A stretch of 64,000 nucleotides of DNA. It comes from Octopus vulgaris (lineage: Eukaryota). Every line of letters begins with the position of its first letter. Position 1 is the stretch's first letter. The notes under the pieces were generated by a model. The model was not told the DNA's origin and did not search any database. It was given only the letters and a program-made list of their open reading frames with translations. Shown here in pieces: positions 52,841 through 64,000 of this stretch. The position numbers and the translations under genes are program-made. The stretch is from contig OX597823.1 of the NCBI GenBank assembly GCA_951406725.2, positions 60,636,001 through 60,700,000 of the forward strand, written 5' to 3'.

Positions 52841-53427
52841 CACATGCACGCACACTCACAAAAATGTGCATGCTCACGTGCACAAGCTTAAAACAATTTG
52901 TTTGTTGCATGTGCATTAACAACATGACTGTCCGTCTAATAATTTTCAGGTTTTATAAACTTCTAGATTCAGGATTTGTACTATAGTACTCTGTAATTCT
53001 TACGTTTGCTGACCAAGTTTTTCATTTATATTAATGTTTCAAATGTTTTATGACTTATTCTCCAAGTTTATTGTTCTGTTTTCCAGTGTCATGCTTTTGT
53101 ATGGGAGTATCTCAATACACAATCTACATTAAATTCAGATTTATTTTAATTTAATGTACATTGACTGCAGATTGTGATTTCACACTTCAATTGGTAAATG
53201 TGTAGTGTTGCTGCTTATTGTAAAGTAACTGTAGCACATTCATTACCAATAGTTTGCTTGTTCTACTACTTTTGTAAGTTGACTTATTAACTTGAGATAT
53301 CAGTGATTTCCTTTCACTTATTATGAAAGAAAGTTTACCTACATTATTCTGGACGCACTTTTTTTTATTCACTACCTAATCTAAATTTATCTCAGCTTAT
53401 TGCATTTCAATCATTAATAGTCACAGC

Positions 53428-53783
53428 CGTGGCTGTGTGGTAAGAAGTTTGCTTGCCAACTACATGGTTTTGGGTTCAGTCCCACTGCATGGCACATTGG
53501 GCAAGCATCTACTGCCTTGTGCGAGGATTTGATAGATGCATGCTGAAAGAAGCTCAGTGTATGTATGTGTGTGTGTGTGTGTGTATTGGCACATAAAAAG
53601 CACTAAGTCCACTCTGCAGAGTGGTTGGTGTTAGGAAGGGCATCCAGCTGTAGAATTCCTACAAAAACAGTCACAGAAGTCTGGTGCAGGCTTTGGCCTG
53701 GCTGGTTCTTGTGGTACCGTCCCACCCATGCTATCATGGAACATGGACGTTAAATGATAATGATGATGATGATGATTTTTATG

Positions 53784-53835
<52 letters not shown>

Positions 53836-54145
53836 TGTATGTATGTATGTATTTATATATGCATGTATGTATGTATTTATATGTGTATGTGTGCATGTTT
53901 ATGTGTATGTTGTTACAGTTTCGTTTCTTGACATTTCTTGATGGTTGTAAACATGTGTCACTCTCATACAAGTAGTGTCCTTCATTTCCACTCTTCTGTG
54001 CAAACATGTCTGGTCACAGGGGAATATTACCTTACTTGGAAACAGGTGAGGGCTGGTGATAGGAATGGTATCCAGCCATAGAAAATCTGCTTCAACGAAT
54101 TCCATGTGTGCATTGGTAAAGTAGACATTAAACTACAATGATGAT
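53428..54145 (+). mobile_element. Composite: SINE A head, SINE C insert (53587-53775), alternative tail
   Basis: gtggctgtgtggtaagaag head, TG run, ggcacataaaaagcac...ttaggaagggcatccagc...(GAT)n, TA run, then ggaaacaggtgagggctggtgatagg tail. Confidence 0.82.
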
Positions 54146-54221
54146 TTTATAACAGGTGGTTTAAAGTCTCCCTTAGTTTTTACTTCAGAATCTTGCATAC
54201 CATTGTATAATGGTACTATGT

Positions 54222-54486
54222 CTTTTCGTCCAACGTCACTACATGAAACTTTTTTTGTCCACGTCTTTTGGCCCAATGTCTTTTAGTCCGATGATATTTT
54301 GTCCGACAACAAATCCTGTCTATAATATTCTCAATGATTATTTGATTTTGATGTTCAACTTGTTTTCTAAATAGTTTATTTAAAATCAGACAAAAAGTTG
54401 TTGGGCAAAAAAAAATCATCGGACAAAAAGACGTTGGACCAAAATACGTGGATGAATAGAGGGACAAAGTGACATCGGATGAAAAG
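54222..54486. mobile_element. Foldback-type element with inverted arms made of about 15-bp subrepeats
   Basis: Left ttttcgtccaacgtc/ttttggcccaatgtc/ttttagtccgatgat units mirror right atcatcggacaaaaa/gacgttggaccaaaa/gacatcggatgaaaa units. Confidence 0.8.
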
Positions 54487-54764
54487 TTGGGTCACGTCAT
54501 ATAATATATGTTGTGTGTTCACTCATGGAAATAATACAAGAAATAAACTTTAAAAATAACAGTGAGACTTTATTCTACCATTAAGTAGTGCAGTGGACCA
54601 AGTAAAAATATCATGAATTCTGGTAGTTGTATAGATTATCCATTACTTGGATAATTCAACTCGGGTCATTGTTGGTTACATGTGCTCTGTTATATTAATT
54701 TTGCTCTGGTGAATAACAGCAGGAAAACAACATGACTCACCTTCATGAAAATCACTCACTCCTC

Positions 54765-54922
54765 TGGACTCAATAATTTGTTACACAAATTTATAGAAAA
54801 GGGGTAGGTTCCAGAGCTCATACTGATTAGTTGTTCGAGAAAGTATTAAGTGCAACGTGATTGGATCTTTAATCCGAATCCCGTGCAGTGTTCAACCAAT
54901 CAAAACTCAGGACTCAACCAAT
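54765..54922 (-). promoter_or_regulatory. Candidate Pol II promoter (three CCAAT boxes, TATAAA, Inr-like)
   Basis: CCAAT/ATTGG at 54860, 54896 and 54918; minus-strand TATAAA at 54795-54790; TCCAGA with A at 54765, 30 nt downstream; donor AAG|GTGAGT at 54740. Confidence 0.35.
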
Positions 54923-55149
54923 GTTCAAAACTCACATGATAGGTAAAGCGGCCAGTCTTTATTGATTAACGCACTGGACCTATATCAGTTTAATGTATTC
55001 AAAAGAGGTGCACATTCTTCTACTGAGCTATATACACTGTTCCCATAAACATTTTATTGTGTTTCTTGTTGGACAGAACAGTCTATGTTGTTTACAAACC
55101 AATTTGATCAGTTCTTATGGCTTTCTTTGTCGATGTTGAAATTAATGTG

Positions 55150-55392
55150 CAAATGGCTGAGCAGTCCACAGACATGTGTACCTTAGGTGTAGTTCTCATG
55201 GAGATTCAGCATGGCAGAATGTGTCAAGGCTGGCCTATTGGAATACAGGTACTGCTCATATTTGCCTGCTGATTGGACTGGAACAACTTGAAATAAAGTC
55301 TCGCTGCAGGAAGCAATATGCTGCTAAGAATTGAACTTACGCTCTTATGATCATGAACCAAATACCCTAACCACTGAACCACACCCCTTCAT
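55150..55392 (-). mobile_element. tRNA-derived CORE-like SINE, family D
   Basis: Reverse-complemented A/B boxes (ccctaaccactgaaccac; gaattgaact) and the gctgattggactggaacaac core. Confidence 0.72.
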
Positions 55393-57267
55393 GTGGATAT
55401 AATACTGTGGAATCAGTTAACTTTAAGCATTTCTAATGTGCCAATACAATTAAACTGCAGTTAGATTAGTTTTGAAAATTATTTTCAACCCATCATAACA
55501 TGGAATTGAAGAATTAAGTCTTAGAATATTACAAGCTAGCAATTTTTGAAATTACATTTTTCTTTTTTGCTTTTATTAGATCTATTACAATTGGTTTTTA
55601 GATTTGTTATATGGTTTTCCAAGTTACTTTATCTGTGATATCATTCATCACGATCAGTGTTTTACTTCCAGTTTCCCATGCTGCCATTAGTTAGATGATT
55701 TTTCAGAGGTAGTGTTTTACAGCCAGGTGCCCGTCCTGTTGCCAACACTTTTAGATGCCCCTTATGACATATGGGATATTGTGTGCCTTTTTGTAAAAGG
55801 GATGCACTCAGTAAGTATATCTATGTTATAGCATTATTGTTATTTGTCCTATTTGTTAGCCTTATTTCAATGGTAGTCAAAAAAATTCACTACAACTGGA
55901 GATCTTAATTAGAAATAATAGCCGGAAAAAAATATTTGAGCTTTATTTGAGAAGTGATTTGTTTTAATTTTGAGTGAGAGTAGGTAATGTTGGTATACTC
56001 ATTCTGTAAGGTATCTTCAGTTTGAAAGCATTGTTTTCTAAATGTTGTGATCTTTTATATTTTGTGTGTTTTTGCATAAAAAAAAAGGTCAGTTTATTAT
56101 GGCTTTTTAATAACTATAGTGGAATAGAGTGAGAGATGAAGTGAAGTGAGAGAGGGGAATGAGAGAGGCTGGGAAATGACTGAGTTGAAGGGGGAAAAGG
56201 GGAATGTGAAGGGGTGAGGTGAAAAAGGGAGAGAAATGGAAGCTGATAAAAGATGTGAGGGAAAGAGAAATAGATGATGAACAGAAACGAGAAAGAGAGA
56301 GAGAGAGAGGGAGATGATTTAAAACACCATAATGTCAAGTGTTGTATTTTTATCCAGTAATGCTTCAGCCTGTGGTTTTTCAGTTCATGAATAAGTTTCA
56401 AGATTTATGAAATTTAATGAACAAAATCATTCTTGATGTGTGTTTTGTTTTTTAAATTGACAAATAAAGCCTTCTATATTACCCATTTTCCCCTCATAAT
56501 TTCACACATTATAAATTAGTAAATAGATGAAATAAAAATGCTCAACATATTTGTTGTCTATGTGTGGAAAACCCTATATATATATATTTGATAATTTATT
56601 TAATTTTTTTTTTTTTTTAAATTTTTACACATTTTCAAGTTTATCATCACATTACCCCACTCACCTTATTTTTGTACATATAACTTCTCTAATTGGTTAC
56701 ATTGTAGCTAAAAGGGAAACATTTTAATAGTTGGAAGTTAATGTACTGAAATTAAAATCTTTGTAGTTAGGCTTAACATGAAATATCTGCAAATTTATTA
56801 AGGTTTTGAAGTTTATATGTCAATTGAAATTGTCTTTTTCATAATTTTAATTGCTTTCGTATTTTGATGTAACCGAAAGGCTTCATAGTTCTATTTGAAT
56901 ATTACCTTTTTATTTAATCAGCAGCTTTGATCTATATCTGAAAACTGTTTACCAAACTACGAAAACTAGTGTATTTTATCTTGTGTTGTTGACATCATCT
57001 GGCATATTAATCTAATGGCCTTTATACTTACTAATATTAAGTCTGAAATTTATTCCAGCTAATATATTTGTTCCTTTACTAGTTTCAGTCATTATGCAGT
57101 GGCCACACTGGAGCACCACTTTTAATGATTTTAGTCGATCATTATCAGCCCTAGTATTTGTTTCAGTCTGGTACTTATTTTATTGATCTCTGTTTGCCAA
57201 ACCACTGATCTGAGTGACATAAACACACACACACACATGCACTTTTGGGAGGTCCTTCAGTATATTC

Positions 57268-57965
57268 TTTTATTCTTTAACTTGTTTCAGTCATGTGACT
57301 GTGGCCATGCTGGAGCACCGCCTTTTTGTTGAAGAAATCGACCCCCAGGACTTATTCTTTCTAAGTCTGGTGCTTACTCTATCAGTCTCTTTTGTTGAAC
57401 TGCCAAGTTATGGGGACGTAAACACACCGACATCGGTTGTCAATCAATGGTTGGAGGTGGAGACAATCACAGACTCAAAGACACATAAATATATACATAT
57501 ATATACACATATATATATGTATCATCAACATCGTCCTTTTAACGCCTGTTTTCCATGCTAGCATGGGTTGGACGGTTCGACTGGGGTCTGGGAAGCCAGA
57601 AGGCTGCTCCAGTCTCCAGTCTGATCTGGCAGTGTTTCTACAGCTGGATGCCCTTCTAATGCCAACCACTCCGTGAGTGTAGTGGATACTTTTTACGTGC
57701 CACCAGCATGGAAGCCAGTCAAGATGGTGCTGGCATCGGCGCGTTTGGATGGTGCTTTTTATGTGCCACCAACACGGGTATATATATATATCTCCCACTT
57801 CCACCTCCCCCTATATCTTTCTTTCAGTTTCCATCTACCAAATCCACTCACAAAGCTCTGGTCGGCCCGTGGCTATAGTAGAAAACACTTGCCCAACTTT
57901 CCACACAGTGGAACTGAACCCGGAACCATGTGGTTGGTAAGCAAACTTCTTACCGAACAGCCATA
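57268..57965 (-). mobile_element. Composite: SINE A interrupted by SINE C (57525-57778)
   Basis: Same architecture and relative orientation as 24432-25295. Confidence 0.87.
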
Positions 57966-58462
57966 CTTACAGCTATGCTTAAGTATTTTACTGATCTCCC
58001 TCAGTTTCAGCAAACCATCAGGCAGTAAAGTATGCAAAGGATGTTCAAGACCTAAACAAATAATAATACCCAGTCACACACACTTCTTTTTTTGTTACAT
58101 ATGCTCTTTCTTTGCTGGCATGGTTTGGTTGAACTACTGTTTTGAGGCAGTATTCCACTGCCAGATGTCCCTCTTGTTGCAAGTACCTTACTTGGTTCCG
58201 AGTAAGGTTCTTTGATCCATGTCTTTGAATATTGAGCCAGAGCTTCTTTTTTTTATGTGGCTCATTTACAGCATTGCTGGCCAAGTCGTGTTCCTGTAAA
58301 GGTATGCTAAGTTAATCACACACTCACATATATATATATTTATCTGTGAGGTATGTTGTCTATAGATTTAAACACATCATCATCATCAAGTTGATGATTC
58401 AATTCCACTGCTACTTTGATTTTTTTGCTGTGTTTGATCAGGTGAAAGGGATATGAATATAT

Positions 58463-58504
<42 letters not shown>

Positions 58505-58524
58505 TATATATATGTTTATGTATG

Positions 58525-58680
58525 TACGTGCCACTGGCACGAGGGCCAGGCGAGGCTGGCAATGGACACGAACGGATGGTGCTTTTACGTGCCACCGGCA
58601 CGGAGGCCAGTCGGGGCGGCGCTGGCAACGGCCACGATCGGATGGTTCACTTAACCACAGCTGCAATTTCCATTGATGTT
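58525..58680 (-). mobile_element. SINE C 5' repeat-unit fragment (two ~62-bp units)
   Basis: cgtgccaccggcacggaggccagt...ctggcaacggccacgatcggatgg, homologous to the 24846-25130 units. Confidence 0.8.
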
Positions 58681-58805
58681 GAAAATTATATATATATATA
58701 TTTCACACACACACACACACACAATATTTGTTTGTATTCCACCTGCCTTCGTCTTTTGTCTATTTTCATATATATATATGAATATGTATATATATATATA
58801 TACAC

Positions 58806-58857
<52 letters not shown>

Positions 58858-58884
58858 GCATAAACGTATATATTTATATATATA

Positions 58885-59100
58885 AGGTGGCAAGTTGGCA
58901 GGATCATTAGTACGCCGGGAGAAGTACTTATTGGTATTTCGTCTGTCTTTACGTGTTCTGAGTTCAAATTCTGCTGAGGTTTATTTTGCCTTTCACCCTT
59001 TCAGGATCGATAAATTAAGTACCGGTTGCATACTGGGGTCAATCTAATCAACTGGCCCCCCTCTCCAAAAATTTCAGGCCTTGTGCCTAGAGTAGAAAAG
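58885..59100 (+). mobile_element. SINE family B, full length
   Basis: aaggtggcaagttggcagg...ctgagttcaaattctgctgagg...gataaattaagtacc...tttcaggccttgtgcc. Confidence 0.88.
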
Positions 59101-60054
59101 TGTTTTTTAAGAATTAATTTTAAAACTCTAGTGTAAATAATAGAAAGTCTGAACTAGAATTTGCAGTCATATGTCAGCAATATTTGGAATTTTCTGGAAT
59201 TATTTTTATATAAACGTTGTTAATGGAGTGTTCTGTAATTAAGATATTTTTGCAGTTTTACTGCTGAAGTTAATTTATTTATTTTTTGCTTGTTTATTTG
59301 TAAGCATTTGTATACATCGTTATTTGTTTCCTGTCCTGAGAATATTTGTAATTTAATTTTGTAAACTGCATTATTTAACTTGATATATTTTGTTGGCAGG
59401 GCAATTATTGTTTCATTTCCAAATCAATTTATTTCATTTAACTTATATTTGTGAAATTAAGAATAAGGTTGTTCATTTTTCATAGAATTATTATTATTAT
59501 TATTATTATTATTATCATTATTATTGGTGGAAATCAAATTTTCTTTTTTCTTTCTTTTTTCATTTTTTTTTTGAGACAAATATATTTTCAAATGATCAAT
59601 CATTAGTTGTTTTTGTATTAAGCAATAAAAAGTTAAACACGAAATCACTTATATTTTTCTAGTCAAACTAATATATTTTCATTAGGTAAGGTGTATAGCT
59701 TTTAACAAAATATTTTGAAATCTAATTGTTTTGTTTTCTCTTTTTGTTGTAGTTGTAAAGTGTGGTGGCATTTTGTTCCACTTTAGACCTAACACCTACT
59801 AATATATTTATTCCTATATGTATATCAAATATTGTAAAATAAATTATACTTTGATGCAGTTATAAGAACGAAAGTCACTCTCTTAAATGTTTCTAATACA
59901 CTTTCAGTGAAAGCACAGAAACATAAATATTATACTATGTAAGTGAAGGAGGAGAATAAAAACTTACTGAAAGATTTACATGATTGAACTACAGAATGAA
60001 AATTGAGTTGACTGTTCTCTTAATTCAAACTAAAAACAGTGTCTCACTAATACT

Positions 60055-60262
60055 GCTGCAGAATTGTTAGCATGACGGGCAAAATGCTTAATGGCATTCC
60101 ATCTGTCTTTGTGTTCTGAGTTCAAAATTCTGCTGAGGTCAGCTTTGCCTTTCATCCTTTCAGAGTCAATAAAATAAGTTCCAGTTGAGCACTTGGGTTG
60201 ATATAATTGACTTAACTGCTCCCCTGAAATTGCTGACCTTGTGCCAAAATTTGAAACCAGTA
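60055..60262 (+). mobile_element. SINE family B
   Basis: Core ctttgcctttcatcctttc and tail gtgccaaaatttgaaacc. Confidence 0.85.
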
Positions 60263-61099
60263 TTACTGCTTACTTTCAATCGAATACAACACTACATACT
60301 GTTTCCTTTTTTGTATATCTGTTCAGTCTGTATGATACTCATTCTTATTTTATTAGCACCGAGTAGATCAAAAGCTCAATTGAGATGTTGATTTAATTTT
60401 GGCTCACCTTGTTTTTCCATACCTTTTAAGGTCCTGTTGTCTTGTGTGAAGCATGATTTTCTGCAGTTCCCTCTAAATACTTATATGCTAAGTAATCACT
60501 GTGCATTCCAATTTGATATTTTTCTGTTGTTGAACATCATTCATTGAATTTACATAGTCATCATCCTAATACAGCTTTCACTTTTGCATAAAGCATTTAG
60601 TGTCTTTGAGCTATTTAGCTAATTTTTATTTTTGTTAGTCTGATTCTACTTTGTATTTCTATATTGTATACCCAGCAAATCATACTGAACTTATTTCTAA
60701 CCGATTCTTGATGGTCTTCAACTTTTGCTGCTCATATAGTATCACACTTCTGAGATATGCATCCTGAAGAAATCTATTTGTACAGAATACCATCCCTAGC
60801 AGTAAGTTTCTGAAGACTTTTGTAACTCTCTCATGTCCTGGACAAGATACTTACACTAATTTCATTGACACCACATTTTACATCTCTTATCCCTTTAGTA
60901 TTCAAACTAGCCCAAATATTCTGTCAGTTTTTCGTTAAAACTAGTGAAATCCAGCTTCTAAGAAATATTTTATATCAAAGTTTTGCTGTTTAATATGCTG
61001 TACTGTGGTTCTTATCTGAATTACTAGGGTTTGTTTTTTTTGCTCGGAAAATTAGGTACATACACACAAATAAGCACATTCTGTATGGTAGAATTGTCT

Positions 61100-61520
61100 G
61101 TTAGGCTGGCTACAGGTGCTTAAGCACATATATTAATTAGGAGTTATCTGAGGCCATCTGAACTCTTGTGGTACTGGAATGCTTCACATGATTTTGTATC
61201 CAACCAACAGCTATACTCAGAACCTGTGATGTGTCCTTTTACTTGTATGATTTGGGAGTGTCAGCTTAGACTATTTGGTCATGTTGCTAATTCTTAAGTT
61301 AGATCCTGTGTATTGTGTTCTTGTTTCTGAGTATCTAGCTAGTGATTGGCTTGTGTTGGTCAGCCACAAACCACATGGTCACAGCAGATAAGGAAGTATC
61401 TGGCAGAGATGGAGACTGACTGGGAGACTGCTCAGAGGGTTGTCTGGGATGACCTGACTAAATACCAAAAATGGTGGATGCAGCAATGTGCTGCAATTGC
61501 ACATGTACCTATACTTGACA
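61100..61520 (+). pseudogene. Decayed RTE-like LINE 3' fragment
   Basis: QLRLFGHVA and GQPQTTW (GRPxxTW) motifs in manual translation. Confidence 0.65.
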
Positions 61521-61829
61521 TGAGGTGGCAAAATTGTAAAGTTATTAGAGAATCAGACAATGTTTTGCAGTATTCATTCCAAGTCACTGACCTCTGAGTT
61601 CAAATCCTGTCAAAGTTAACTTTACCTTTGTTTGTAGAATTGATAAATAAATTAAAAAAAAGCACCAATATAAGGCGTTGGATTGGCTAAACTGAAAGAA
61701 TGCTGGACTGGATTCCTTGTGGATAAAAGTCCCACCTCTGTGTGTTTTGAGTTCAAATCCTGCCATGGCTTTACTTGGGTGGTAGACTTAACTTGCTGCC
61801 TGATTTAACACCACTGCCTGGCAATGGGC

Positions 61830-62160
61830 GTCAACAGGATCAGTGAGAAAATAAAAAATGCAGACATTGGACCTGGATCAGACATATCCTCAGACAAGAT
61901 CGAGAAAGCAATTTTATGGTTGCACTAAAATGGAAACCTAAGGGGCAAAGAGCAGTAGCAGGACACCTTAAAACCATATGGCTAAGGACTGTTGACAAAG
62001 AAAGGAAACGAGAAAGGTGGAGAAGCTGAAATGAAACCAGAACAGTGGCAGAAAGCAAAGATGGTTGGAGAGATTGAGTTGCAGCCTCCTATGCCCCATG
62101 GCATGGAGAGAACTAACTGACTAACTAATAACTAATTAACTAACTAACTAACTAACTAAG
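61830..62160 (+). pseudogene. RTE-clade LINE 3' end with (ACTA)n tail
   Basis: RHWTWIRHILRQD, VALKWKPKGQR and WLRTVDKE motifs followed by a short tandem (ACTA)n tail. Confidence 0.78.
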
Positions 62161-62588
62161 AGTTGTAAAGCAGTGCCTTAACAACACATTTTGCAAACAT
62201 TTGTCTAATGGAATTATTACTGTCAAACTTCAGTATGGAAAGCCGGAATGTATTACTTTCATAATCAAAATGTGTAAATATTCTTATCTGAATATGATCA
62301 TTAATGAAATATCTGCCGTTCTTAAAATACTTTTATTAGAATACAAATACTTTCATTACAGAAAGTACTATTTCAATTTATTTGATTTGAAGATTTAATT
62401 TATAATAATGACTAAGGATAATTTATAAATACTGTCATTATTGAAATGTTGAACGTAAACCGAATGAAAAAAAAATGCTTCTGTTCCTGAAATACTTTAC
62501 TTATTCAGTGTGAAGTTGAAATTATGTAGCTGAAGTGAAGTGTTCTCTAGGACTAGTTTTCCTCAATTGTGGCAATTTTAACATTATA

Positions 62589-62975
62589 CAAGTAGTATCG
62601 CCCGGTGTTGCTCGGGTTTATTTCAACCCTTTAGAATTGGAATTTTTGAAAAGTAAAAATTTTGCATTATGTAGCTTGTTATTCTCTTTAAGTGAACATT
62701 TTTCTGGTTGAAATATACTGAAAAATGGCAATACAGCAGTCAAAAAATCATAAAAAATAGGGATTTTCAAAGAGAAAAACCCACCTTTTTGATGTAAATA
62801 ATTTTTGGTGTTAACATGGTCCAATTTGAATTTTGTCTTCTGCAGAATGAAGAGCAAGTCTTCTTCTATCTTACTCTCAATTTTGGTCAACTTGCGCTGC
62901 AGGGTCTCTGAGGAGATAGTGTTAGTTGAAGGCTACCAAACCTGCCATACACAGACAACTTCAGCTTTATATATA
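62589..62975 (-). mobile_element. Non-autonomous Helitron, second copy
   Basis: Reverse complement of 32889-33279 along its whole length; 3' CTAG mutated to CTTG; 5' end merged into a TA run. Confidence 0.88.
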
Positions 62976-64000
62976 TATATATATATATATGTATATAATA
63001 TTGCATATATATTAAAAGATATATTGCTGGAGCATTTTTGTGTTATTACTTGTTATAGCTAGTTATTGAACCAAATAGAATTTTATGAAATTTGTGTTTT
63101 TTTGTAGCAGTGTATTTATATAATCTAAGATACACAACAGCACTTAAATAGTAATGAAGTACATTTCATCAGTTTGCTTGTTTCCGTTTCAGTGTTATCT
63201 TTTAGTTTTGAGTCTCTTTGCTGTGTTAGTAAAATTGTAAACAAGTTTATTCAATACAACCCCTGACATGGGTGTACTAATGAAATATAATGAACATTTA
63301 ATATGTTATCACTATCATAGAAGAAAAAAAGAAAAACATTATTATAGTGATTTTAAACTGTTTGTTATGCATCAGTTAGCTTGGACAATAACTAGACATA
63401 AGTGACTTTGGTTATGCCATCCTGAGTATGGCCACACACGAATAGATACACATTAGCAAAAAAAAAAAAAAAAAAACTTTCTCCATTAGTATGTTTTTGT
63501 AAAAATAATTAAAAAGGAAGCCCCATGCCACTCACATACTGCGAAAGAAAACTGAATTTTGGATTGTTAAAAAAAACAACAAAACAATTTTTTTCCTTTC
63601 TTTTACAGTTTATTGTTCTAGCCCCACACAAATTCAGATGAAAATAGACAGGCACAATCTTAGTTTCATATCTTTAAGCGCTTCTGTAATGGCTGCCATA
63701 TGTTTAAATATTAATATGCTAATTAAATATTTCTTCTTACTGGCAAATATTGATAAAGAGTGATAGTATTTTGAAATCATCTACACTGAATTCAGAATGT
63801 TATTTTGTATACGTTTACTGCTGAAATTTAATTTCATTGATCAGAATCCTGCCAATTAGAGATTTAATTACATTGTAATATGTTTCCTAAAATTATTTTA
63901 TTTTTCTTTGGCATACATACTCAATCGATACTATGCAATTTAATGAATAGCGCAAATACATTTCATACATATGGATGTGTGTGTGTGTATATTCTTTTAT

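Noticed and set aside
57673-58215. Longest ORF in the window (180 aa)
   Set aside because: It reads through SINE C and SINE A antisense sequence; the same peptide fragments ([24 protein letters not shown]) recur in other SINE copies.

Overview
Eukaryotic, AT-rich, microsatellite-laden genomic DNA. Its tRNA-derived SINE families and (AT)n/(AC)n load are characteristic of an Octopus (coleoid cephalopod) genome; this is inferred from repeat recognition, not from a search. I recognise no host protein-coding exon. Almost all listed ORFs are microsatellite or SINE read-throughs, and the window most likely represents a CpG-retaining 5' region (about 1-5 kb) followed by a very long CpG-depleted intron. 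Well-supported content is transposable: a mariner relic, a maT/DD37D-like Tc1/mariner relic, an internally deleted Helitron with both termini, two non-autonomous Helitrons, TTAA- and TA-flanked MITEs, two foldback elements, RTE-like LINE 3' fragments and dozens of SINEs (single, nested, tandem and composite). The best leads are: (i) a unique-sequence 40-bp hairpin at 35258-35369 whose transitions are all G-U compatible on the + strand (pre-miRNA or ADAR-substrate candidate); (ii) a coherent minus-strand CCAAT/TATA promoter, donor and downstream exon carrying a 61-aa ORF and AATAAA (50756-54922); (iii) a candidate exon whose acceptor is looped out by an 11-bp duplex (2694-2810); (iv) microexon or recursive-splice-type AG|GT sites; and (v) repeated same-orientation SINE-in-SINE composites. 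All of these leads are unvalidated inferences.
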